From positions 2,700,001 to 2,732,000 of the forward strand of contig NZ_CP066018.1 of NCBI RefSeq assembly GCF_016127575.1: a stretch of DNA of 32,000 nucleotides, written 5' to 3'. This DNA comes from Cupriavidus necator. Lineage in GTDB: Bacteria; Pseudomonadota; Gammaproteobacteria; Burkholderiales; Burkholderiaceae. Shown piece after piece: positions 1 through 6,802 of the stretch. How positions within the stretch are numbered: the stretch's first letter is position 1; every line of letters starts with the position of its first letter. Position numbers and translations under genes: made by a program. The notes under the pieces were generated by a model, which was not told the origin of the DNA, made no database searches, and worked only from the letters and a program-made list of their open reading frames with translations.

Positions 1-1
1 C

Positions 2-1141
2 TACCAGCACATCGCGCACGACAACGAGGCGCCGCTGGCCTGGACCCACAACCGCGTGGAAGGCCGCAGCGAATACACCCAGCTGCTGTATATCCCGGCG
101 CGCGCCCCGTTCGACCTGTGGGACCGCAACCACAAGGCCGGCCTGAAGCTGTACGTCAAGCGCGTCTTCATCATGGACGATGCCGACCAGCTGCTGCCGG
201 GCTACCTGCGCTGGGTCAAGGGCGTGGTCGATTCCGCCGACCTGCCGCTGAACGTATCGCGCGAACTGCTGCAGGAAAGCCGCGACGTCAAGGCCATCCG
301 CGAGGGCTGCACCAAGCGCGTGCTGTCGATGCTGGAAACGCTGGCCGACAGTGAAGAAGAAGCCGAGCGCGCCAAGTACACCACCTTCTGGCAGCAGTTC
401 GGCCAGGCGCTCAAGGAAGGCATCGGTGAAGACCAGGCCAATCTGGAGCGCGTGGCGAAGCTGCTGCGCTTTGCCTCCACCCACAACGACACCGCCGAGC
501 AGAACGTGGCGCTGGCCGCCTACGTCGGCCGCATGAAGGAAGGCCAGGACAAGATCTACTACGTCACCGCCGATACCTGGTCCGCCGCGAAGAACAGCCC
601 GCACCTGGAAGTGTTCCGCAAGAAGGGCATCGAAGTGCTGCTGCTGACCGACCGCGTCGATGAATGGATGCTTTCATTCCTGCGCGAGTTCGACGGCAAG
701 GAACTGGTGTCGGTCGCGCGCGGCGACCTGGACCTGGGCAAGCTCGCCGACGAAGCCGAGAAGGCCGAGCAGGAAAAGGCCGAGGCCGACTGGAAGGACG
801 TGGTCGATCGCGCCAAGACCGTGCTCGACGGCAAGGCCAAGGACGTGCGCGTGACGCTGCGCCTGACCGCGTCGGCCTCGTGCCTGGTCTCTGACGAAGG
901 CGACATGAGCGGCTATCTGCAGCGCCTGCTCAAGCAGGCCGGCCAGAAGGCGCCGGACGCCCAGCCGATCCTGGAACTGAACCCGGAACACGCGCTGGTG
1001 CAGAAACTGCGCGATCTCCCCGAGGGCGATGCCTTCAGCGACCGCGTGCAGGTGCTGTTCGACCAGGCGCTGCTGGCCGAAGGCGGCATGCTGGACGATC
1101 CGGCTGCGTATGTGCAGCGTGTCAACAAGCTGCTGGCCTGA
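2..1141 (+). CDS. htpG: Molecular chaperone HtpG (Hsp90 family), 3' portion; the 5' end lies upstream of the window
   Basis: Frame-2 ORF is open from base 2 ([40 protein letters not shown]...[46 protein letters not shown]). It is colinear with the middle and C-terminal domains of bacterial HtpG. The track start at 56 is an internal GTG. Stop TGA at 1139-1141. Codons are strongly G/C-ending. Confidence 0.95.
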   Translation, partial: YQHIAHDNEAPLAWTHNRVEGRSEYTQLLYIPARAPFDLWDRNHKAGLKLYVKRVFIMDDADQLLPGYLRWVKGVVDSADLPLNVSRELLQESRDVKAIREGCTKRVLSMLETLADSEEEAERAKYTTFWQQFGQALKEGIGEDQANLERVAKLLRFASTHNDTAEQNVALAAYVGRMKEGQDKIYYVTADTWSAAKNSPHLEVFRKKGIEVLLLTDRVDEWMLSFLREFDGKELVSVARGDLDLGKLADEAEKAEQEKAEADWKDVVDRAKTVLDGKAKDVRVTLRLTASASCLVSDEGDMSGYLQRLLKQAGQKAPDAQPILELNPEHALVQKLRDLPEGDAFSDRVQVLFDQALLAEGGMLDDPAAYVQRVNKLLA

Positions 1142-1152
1142 CGCCCCGGCTG

Positions 1153-1176
1153 CCCCCGCCGCGCAGGCGGCGGGGG
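1153..1176 (+). terminator. GC-rich hairpin after htpG (weak intrinsic terminator candidate)
   Basis: CCCCCGCCGC-gcag-GCGGCGGGGG is a perfect 10-bp stem 12 nt after the htpG stop. The following tract (ATTCCCATCTC) is only weakly U-rich. Confidence 0.4.
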
Positions 1177-1214
1177 ATTCCCATCTCAATGTGTTGTAGC
1201 GGAGCGCGTGACCG

Positions 1215-1727
1215 ATGACACTGAAGCGGTGCTTCCCGCCTGTCGTTGACGCCGGCACGCGCATCCTTATTCTCGGCAGCCTGCCGGGCGAGGCGTCACT
1301 GGCGCAATGCCAGTATTACGCGCATCGGCAGAATCAGTTCTGGCGCCTGACCGGCGAAGTTCTCGGTGAAGACCTGGTCCGCATGGAATATGCCGCGCGG
1401 CTGCAAACGCTTCTGGCGCATCACGTCGGTCTGTGGGACGTGGTGGCGCAAGCGAAGCGTGAGGGCAGCCTGGACAGCAATATCCGGGATCACGCCGGCA
1501 ACGACCTGGCGAGCCTGATCGAATCACTACCCAGGCTGGCTGTCATCGCCTTCAATGGCGGCACTGCCGCGCGTATCGGTTTGAAGGCCCTTGGGCAGCA
1601 TGGCGACCATCACCGGATCATCAGGCTTCCTTCCAGTAGTCCCGCTCATACCTTGCCCTACACGGAAAAGCTGGGCGCCTGGCAGGCATTGCGAGAGTGG
1701 CTGCCTGTAAGGCAGCGTCTGGCATAG
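1215..1727 (+). CDS. DNA-deoxyinosine (hypoxanthine) glycosylase, uracil-DNA glycosylase superfamily family 6
   Basis: 170-aa ORF. The N-terminus FPPVVDAGTRILILGSLPGEASLAQCQYYAHRQNQFWRL matches my recollection of the family signature (ILILGSxPG...QYYAHxxNxFW). GGAGCG lies about 9 nt upstream of the ATG. There are more A/T-ending codons than in flanking core genes. Confidence 0.78.
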   Translation: MTLKRCFPPVVDAGTRILILGSLPGEASLAQCQYYAHRQNQFWRLTGEVLGEDLVRMEYAARLQTLLAHHVGLWDVVAQAKREGSLDSNIRDHAGNDLASLIESLPRLAVIAFNGGTAARIGLKALGQHGDHHRIIRLPSSSPAHTLPYTEKLGAWQALREWLPVRQRLA

Positions 1728-1745
1728 CTCGTTCACGCACCCACG

Positions 1746-2534
1746 TTACCTGGGCATCCCTTCATACATGCCGGTGACGTCATCCATTACCTGAAGAATA
1801 CGCTCGCTGGTCGTGGCGATGTTCCTCAACTGTTCCGCGCGACTGACCCCGGTCTGGTTGAGTGCCTCTTCAAAGAACAGCCACTGAGACCCGGCCAGCA
1901 GCAGTTCGCGACGGATTGCCTCGGTGTTTTGCGGCGCCGAGGTGAGAAGCTCCTGCGCGGCTGCGAATTCCCTGGTAGCCATGTCCAGATCCTGCGCCAT
2001 CCGGGGGGAGGTAATGCCCCAGGCGCGGAACATGCTGATCTTGGCGATTCTCTGCGAGAGCATCCGCTGGCGGCCGGCAACGTTGATCAGCTTGCCCGTC
2101 GCGGTGCCCGAATGTTTCTCGAGCAGGAGGGTCGCCTGTTGCGCAAGCTTCAGCACGTCCTCGCTCATTCTTGCGATGGTTTTCGCGCTATCGGGATTCG
2201 GATCGCCGCCGGACAGCAACTGTCTATAGGGAATCCATGTCTGCTCGAGCCTGGCGTAGGAATCCTTGATCTCCGGCGTGGGTGCGAACGCCGTCAGCTC
2301 CATGAGCTGCTTGTCGAAGAGCGCCACGGACTGCTCGAGAATCTTCTTCGAACGTTCGACTTCAACGCCGAGGCCAGCCTGGCAGTAAGCCTTGGCCATG
2401 CGCTGAGACAGCATGCGCTGGCGGCCCGCCTTGTTGATCGCCGCGTTGATCGTCAGCGTTTCGGCGCAAGCGGTCCCGGCCAGCGCCAGGACGCTGCAGA
2501 CAATCAGGCAGAAGGAGCTGAGGTAACGTTTCAA
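1746..2534 (-). CDS. Secreted protein with two tandem PilJ-N / NarX-P-box-type four-helix-bundle sensor modules
   Basis: 262 aa. Signal peptide MKRYLSSFCLIVCSVLALAGTACA. Two copies of the signature motif are present (INKAGRQRMLSQRMAKAY and INVAGRQRMLSQRIAKISMF). The start codon is TTG (2532-2534), preceded by GGAGA and lying 13 nt after the TGA of the upstream gene. Confidence 0.8.
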   Translation of the reverse strand: MKRYLSSFCLIVCSVLALAGTACAETLTINAAINKAGRQRMLSQRMAKAYCQAGLGVEVERSKKILEQSVALFDKQLMELTAFAPTPEIKDSYARLEQTWIPYRQLLSGGDPNPDSAKTIARMSEDVLKLAQQATLLLEKHSGTATGKLINVAGRQRMLSQRIAKISMFRAWGITSPRMAQDLDMATREFAAAQELLTSAPQNTEAIRRELLLAGSQWLFFEEALNQTGVSRAEQLRNIATTSERILQVMDDVTGMYEGMPR

Positions 2535-2547
2535 GGGCGTCTCCGCG

Positions 2548-3228
2548 TCAGGCTCTGGTTGGTCCTTTGGGCCCGTCGTTCGAGCCGACGACGTGGCGGA
2601 TCAGCTGATCCATTTCCTTGATGATGTCCGCAAGCACCTGCGTGATCACCGAGAACTCCCTGCCGTACTCTCCCGCCCGCGCCGCCGAGATGCGTGCATT
2701 CATTGCGACGATGTTGGCCTGCATCGAAATACCGCTGAGGCGATCGGCGAGGTCGGTCTGGCGTTTGCGCACAGCGAGCTCGCAACGGTGCATTTCCTCC
2801 TGGTAGGCCTGCGTGACAGTCTGCAGCAGCTCAAGTATCGGCGTGGCCTGCGTCACAAGCACATCGAGGAATGACGCTTGCCGGCTGGTGTCGGCCAGTG
2901 GTGTGTCTATCGCTGTTCTGACCCGGGCGATGAATTCACGGATGCGAGCGTCAGCGCGCGCACTGCCAAAGTACAGTTGCTGCAAGGCGCCGGAGAATGT
3001 GCCGGGGAAGCGCTCACTGCCCGTCACGAGATCCGAATGCGCCGACTCGAACATTGACAGGCACTTGCGTGCGATATCGAGCGCGGCAGTGTCCCCCCGC
3101 GAAGCGAGCAGCATCTGGAGGACGATCCGTTGCGACAGCATGCGCTGCCTGCCGGAAAGGTTGATCAATGCGCCGATGGTCTCGGCGGACACTTCGGTCT
3201 CGGGTGACTGAGTGGAGAGAGCGTTCAT
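2548..3228 (-). CDS. Soluble PilJ-N/NIT-like sensor domain fused to a short MCP-signalling-tip-like segment (mini chemoreceptor-like protein)
   Basis: I chose the internal ATG at 3226-3228 (MNALSTQSPETEV..., 226 aa). The longer track ORF (to 3381) would run through a terminator-like nested hairpin. The N-terminus carries INLSGRQRMLSQR. The C-terminus ISMQANIVAMNARISAARAGEYGREFSVITQVLADI resembles the conserved MCP hairpin tip. There is no signal peptide or TM segment. Confidence 0.72.
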   Translation of the reverse strand: MNALSTQSPETEVSAETIGALINLSGRQRMLSQRIVLQMLLASRGDTAALDIARKCLSMFESAHSDLVTGSERFPGTFSGALQQLYFGSARADARIREFIARVRTAIDTPLADTSRQASFLDVLVTQATPILELLQTVTQAYQEEMHRCELAVRKRQTDLADRLSGISMQANIVAMNARISAARAGEYGREFSVITQVLADIIKEMDQLIRHVVGSNDGPKGPTRA

Positions 3229-3288
3229 GCCATGCCTTGCAGGTAGTGTCGACGCAGACGCGCACCGCGCTGACCGGCGAAGCAAAAG

Positions 3289-3350
3289 CGCCCCGAAGCG
3301 AGATGCCTGCGAACCGGTTGTCCGGTTCGTGGTCCATTCGCTTCGGGGCG
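3289..3350 (-). terminator. Nested double hairpin followed by a U-tract on the minus strand (intrinsic terminator candidate)
   Basis: Outer perfect 13-bp inverted repeat: CGCCCCGAAGCGA (3289-3301) / TCGCTTCGGGGCG (3338-3350). It encloses an inner perfect 8-bp repeat: CGAACCGG (3310-3317) / CCGGTTCG (3322-3329). On the minus strand the structure is followed by CTTTTGCTT. Confidence 0.5.
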
Positions 3351-3470
3351 TCGTTGCCCGGGATGCTCCTTTTCGGAGCATGTCATCGCGACTTGCCAGC
3401 TTGTTTCAAGGCCGCCGTTGGCCTGTGCGACCGCTTCGCAATATCCATGCCATGGCTCACGGAAGTTGCA

Positions 3471-3812
3471 TCAGCTTCTTTCGGCGACACCTGCCTCGTG
3501 CTGCTGCGACGCATCCACGGACGCGGTGCTGAAGTCCACCGGACCCACGCGCGTGCGCAGGTTCAGGGTGATCTCGCCGTGCGCGCGCGTAAATGCGGGC
3601 AGGCGCGGGATCAGCCAGTAGCTGCCCAGCGACGCACCTACCGAGAGCGACAGGGCGCCACCTCTGCCCTTGAGGGCCATCACGTTCATGGTGGCCCGCT
3701 CCAGCTGCCGCAGCAGCGGTGCAATTTCAGCCAGGTATTCGCGCCCGCATCGGTGAGCGCCATGGCGTCGCGCCGCCCGGTGCCAGGACATGGCTGCGGA
3801 TCCGATCATCAC
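3471..3812 (-). pseudogene. LysR-family regulator remnant (linker plus start of effector-binding domain only)
   Basis: REYLAEIAPLLRQLERAT...GALSLSVGASLGSYWLIPRLPAFTRAHGEITLNLRTRVGPVDF has the pattern of the LysR/GcvA-type linker and first substrate-domain strands. No winged-HTH is encoded upstream and the C-terminal ~170 aa are missing. Confidence 0.6.
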
Positions 3813-3838
3813 GGCATGATTTCCTGACAGTGCCTCGC

Positions 3839-4018
3839 CACGTCCTGCACGCCGGCATCGCCTCGGCGGTGCCCTATGTGGTGGCCTTTGCCTGCCTGCT
3901 CGTGGTGGGCTGGCTGCTCGACAAGGTCGGGCAGGGCCGCGAGCGCGTGTTCATGGCGGTCGGCGCCACCGTCATGGCTGTCTTCATCGCGCTGATGGCC
4001 TATGCCGGGCCTGACGCG
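3839..4018 (+). pseudogene. MFS transporter internal fragment (about two TM helices)
   Basis: HVLHAGIASAVPYVVAFACLLVVGWLLDKVGQGRERVFMAVGATVMAVFIALMAYAG resembles a TM-loop-TM unit from the C-terminal half of an MFS permease. The rest of the 163-aa ORF is not protein-like. There is no N- or C-terminal continuation in any frame. Confidence 0.45.
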
Positions 4019-4090
4019 GCCCGCAGCCAGCCAACGGCTTCGCAAATCGCCCGTACTGAATCCACCCGTGAGCATGTGACGCATGCCGGA

Positions 4091-4118
4091 TTGCCGTGGG
4101 CCATGGCGCACCTATACT
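4091..4118 (+). promoter_or_regulatory. Candidate sigma70 promoter for the USP gene
   Basis: TTGCCG (4091-4096), 16-nt spacer, TATACT (4113-4118). This would give a ~140-nt leader before the ATG at 4263. Confidence 0.3.
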
Positions 4119-4262
4119 GGAGTCGAGCGACGAATCATTCGAAACCGGGGGTATCGATCGCTCCTTGTAGTGCGCCTTGCGGGCTTGCACTTTCGGACGC
4201 ATGGCGATGACGCATCGGAAGTGAGCGCCTTAGCCGGCAACCATGCTGGCAAGGAGGCAATC

Positions 4263-4700
4263 ATGTTCAAGCATCTCCTGCTGGCGGTCGATGGTTCCGA
4301 CCTGTCTGAATCGGCGTTCCGCAAGGCTCTCACGCTGGCGCGGGACATGGGGGCGAGTGCCACCGCGGTGCGCGTCTGTCCGAACTACCACGTCCTGACC
4401 TACCAGGTCGAGATGCTGGAGGACACGCGCGAAACCTACGTGAAGGAGGCCTGGGAAAACGCGACCCGCTACCTGCGCGGACTGGCCGATGAGGCCGTCG
4501 CCGCGGGCGTGGCCTGTGACACGGCATACGTCGTCAACGACCATCCCTACGAGGCTATCATCAAGACGGCCGAGGAAAAAGGCTGCGACCTGATCGTGAT
4601 GGCTTCGCACGGGCGGCGCGGGGTCCAGGGCATGCTGATCGGCAGCGAAACCCTGAAGGTGCTGACCCACAGCAAGATCCCGGTGCTGGTGTACCGCTAG
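4263..4700 (+). CDS. Universal stress protein, UspA family
   Basis: Internal ATG at 4263, preceded by AAGGAGG. MFKHLLLAVDGSDLSESAF...LIVMASHGRRGVQGMLIGSETLKVLTHSKIPVLVYR carries the G-x2-G-x9-G(S/T) ATP-binding motif. 145 aa. Confidence 0.9.
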   Translation: MFKHLLLAVDGSDLSESAFRKALTLARDMGASATAVRVCPNYHVLTYQVEMLEDTRETYVKEAWENATRYLRGLADEAVAAGVACDTAYVVNDHPYEAIIKTAEEKGCDLIVMASHGRRGVQGMLIGSETLKVLTHSKIPVLVYR

Positions 4701-4707
4701 GCGGCGC

Positions 4708-5553
4708 CTAGCGCCGCCGGCGCGGCGCGCCCGCCTGCACGCATTGCCGCATCCGCGCCGCCAGGCGCGGCAGTGAGCCTGTGCGCCAGCGGCTGCGCAG
4801 GTCGTCGCTCAGCGGCACTGCGATCAGCGCCAGCAGCAGCGCGGCCAGCGGCAGCGTGGCGCTGAAACCCATGTGCTTGAAGCCCAGCGCGCCGGCGATG
4901 CCGCCGGCAAAGAACAGCGTGACCAGCACCACCAGCAGGCGCAGCTTGCGCCGGTTGGCGAGCACGCGGGGCAGTGGGCGCGCTTGTGTGCGTGATGGCG
5001 TGCGCGCCGGCGCGGCTGCGTTCCAGTAGCACAGCTTGCCCAGCTCGATGCCGATATCGGTGACCATGCCAGTGAGGTGTGTGGTGCGGATCTCGGCGTT
5101 CGAAAGCTTGGTGATCATGGCATTCTGCAGCCCCATGATGAAGCACAGCAGCATCACCGTGGCTGGCACGAACAGCCACTGGTGCTGCCCCAGGTTGCCG
5201 CCGATCAGGCCAAAGCACAGCAGCAGCCCCGCCTCCAGCGCCAGCGGCAGCGCGTATTCACTGTGCAGCCGTTCGCGTCGTCCCCAGTTGACCAGCACCG
5301 CCGAGCACGCGGCGCCGCCGAGAAACGACAGCAGCGCCCCGACCCCATCCAGCACCAGCGCGAAGCTGCCCAGCGCCAGGTTGTCGGCCATGGCCGAGAC
5401 CACGCCGGACATATGCGAGGTGTATTGCTGCACGGCCTGGAAGCCGCCGGCATTGATGGCGCCGGCGACAAAGCAGAGGTAGCCGGCCAGGTGCCGGTTG
5501 GCGTGGGGGCTACGCCGCTTCCCGGTCAGTTTGCGCAGGTACAGGATCGGCAT
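4708..5553 (-). CDS. YoaK/DUF1275 family inner-membrane protein
   Basis: 281 aa with multiple TM segments. The N-terminal pattern LAGYLCFVAGAINAGGFQAVQQYTSHMSGVVS is typical of DUF1275. It converges on the USP gene with only 7 bp between the stop codons. Confidence 0.8.
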   Translation of the reverse strand: MPILYLRKLTGKRRSPHANRHLAGYLCFVAGAINAGGFQAVQQYTSHMSGVVSAMADNLALGSFALVLDGVGALLSFLGGAACSAVLVNWGRRERLHSEYALPLALEAGLLLCFGLIGGNLGQHQWLFVPATVMLLCFIMGLQNAMITKLSNAEIRTTHLTGMVTDIGIELGKLCYWNAAAPARTPSRTQARPLPRVLANRRKLRLLVVLVTLFFAGGIAGALGFKHMGFSATLPLAALLLALIAVPLSDDLRSRWRTGSLPRLAARMRQCVQAGAPRRRR

Positions 5554-5609
5554 GGCGATGGGGCGGCGTCTGGCGGATTGGGAAGGGCGGCGGCGGACCT
5601 GCGTTGCCG

Positions 5610-6479
5610 CTACAGGGTGTCCCGGGGCCGGGCAAGGGCGTGCCAGGCGTCGGGGTCGGCGGCAACCGCCTCGCCGCGCTTCATGCGGCGGGCAGTCGGT
5701 GTCAGCTTCAATGCATGCACGGCTTCCAGCGCCCGTGCGCGTGCCAGCAGCGTCTGCAGCGACGGCAGCCGGGGCGGGCCTTTCCAGGCAAACAAGGTGT
5801 AGTTGCAGCTGTCCTCGGCGCGTGCGACCGACATCGAGGCCCCGAACACGGCGCGCACCGCGCCCAGGTAGTGCGGCATGCCGCGGTCGCTTGCAAGGAA
5901 GTTGGCCACCAGCATGCCGTCGTCGGCCAGCCGCGCGTGGCAGGCAGCGTAGAAGCCGGCGGAGCCAAGCTGCAGCGGCATGCCGTCAGCCAGGAAGCCG
6001 TCGACGAGGATGACCTCGGGGCGCGCTTCCCGGCCCCTGACGTACTCGGCGCCATCGGCGCAGACCACCTGCAGGCGGACATCGTCGGGCGGAATGCGGA
6101 AGCGCTCGCGCAGTGCGATCACCGCCGGGTCGATCTCGACAGCGACCACCCGCGTGGCGGGCAGGTGCCGGTAGCAATACTTGACCAGCGAGCCTCCGCC
6201 GAGTCCGATCACCGAAATCCGTGCCGGCGACGGATGCAACAGCAGGAATCCCATCATGGTGCGCGTGTAGCCCAGCACCAGCCGGTCGGGATCGCGCCGC
6301 GACATGAAGCTCTGCGTGGCCAGCACGTCGAAGTGCAGCGACAGGGCGGTCTCGGTCTCCAGCACCACGGGCGTGCCGTCGCGCGGGGCTTCGGCCAGGA
6401 AGCGCATATAGGACTCAAAGGATGTGCGGCGGCTACCCGCTGCGACGCCGGGGTCGGCGTCCGGTTTGCGTTCGTTCAT
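5610..6479 (-). CDS. Spermidine-synthase-like class I SAM-dependent methyltransferase-fold protein
   Basis: I chose the internal ATG at 6477-6479 (MNERKPDADPG..., 289 aa). ISVIGLGGGSLVKYCYRHLPATRVVAVEIDPAVIALRERF...VILVDGF is a Rossmann/PABS-like core. The upstream part of the 399-aa track ORF is not protein-like. Confidence 0.78.
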   Translation of the reverse strand: MNERKPDADPGVAAGSRRTSFESYMRFLAEAPRDGTPVVLETETALSLHFDVLATQSFMSRRDPDRLVLGYTRTMMGFLLLHPSPARISVIGLGGGSLVKYCYRHLPATRVVAVEIDPAVIALRERFRIPPDDVRLQVVCADGAEYVRGREARPEVILVDGFLADGMPLQLGSAGFYAACHARLADDGMLVANFLASDRGMPHYLGAVRAVFGASMSVARAEDSCNYTLFAWKGPPRLPSLQTLLARARALEAVHALKLTPTARRMKRGEAVAADPDAWHALARPRDTL

Positions 6480-6593
6480 GACGGCAGCCTTGCGCAATGC
6501 AGGATCCGGGGACCAGCCGGCTGGCTGGGGCGGGCAAGGCGGCGGGTGGCTCGCCCGGGTATCGCGGACATCGGGGACATCTGTTTCAGTCAC

Positions 6594-6619
6594 ATATAAT
6601 ATTAATCGTATTATCATAT
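6594..6619. promoter_or_regulatory. AT-rich imperfect palindrome in a divergent intergenic region (promoter/operator candidate)
   Basis: ATATAATATTAATCGTATTATCATAT has 9 of 13 symmetric pairs. It contains a perfect TATAAT (6595-6600) and TATCAT (6612-6617). It is the only AT-rich island in an otherwise GC-rich 320-bp spacer. Confidence 0.3.
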
Positions 6620-6802
6620 CCCAGCACCCGCGCGGTGGCTGCATCCGGCCGGGAAATGCCATGCCCGGTCCCGCGGTTGTGGTGAAACCGCCCTTTGCGG
6701 GCTGTGCCAGCCCGCCTGCCCATCCCGGAAACTGGATTTGCGGCGTGCGCTTCTGGCATCCTGACGGTCTGTCCTGACGTCCGGCCTGCCCGGAACACTG
6801 CC

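Noticed and set aside
3229-3381. N-terminal extension of the mini-MCP ORF (track start at 3381, 277 aa)
   Set aside because: The extra 51 codons (MLRKGASRATTPRSEWTTNRTTGS...) are not protein-like and run straight through the nested terminator-like hairpin at 3289-3350. The internal ATG at 3228 gives a sensible domain boundary.
3745-3770. Possible compensating frameshifts inside the LysR remnant (an ALTDAG string appears in the adjacent frame, just before REYLAEI)
   Set aside because: The in-frame reading (WHRAARRHGAHRCGREYL) also fits the LysR spacing pattern. I cannot distinguish coincidence from real frameshifts without an alignment. Pseudogene status rests on the missing HTH and C-terminal half instead.
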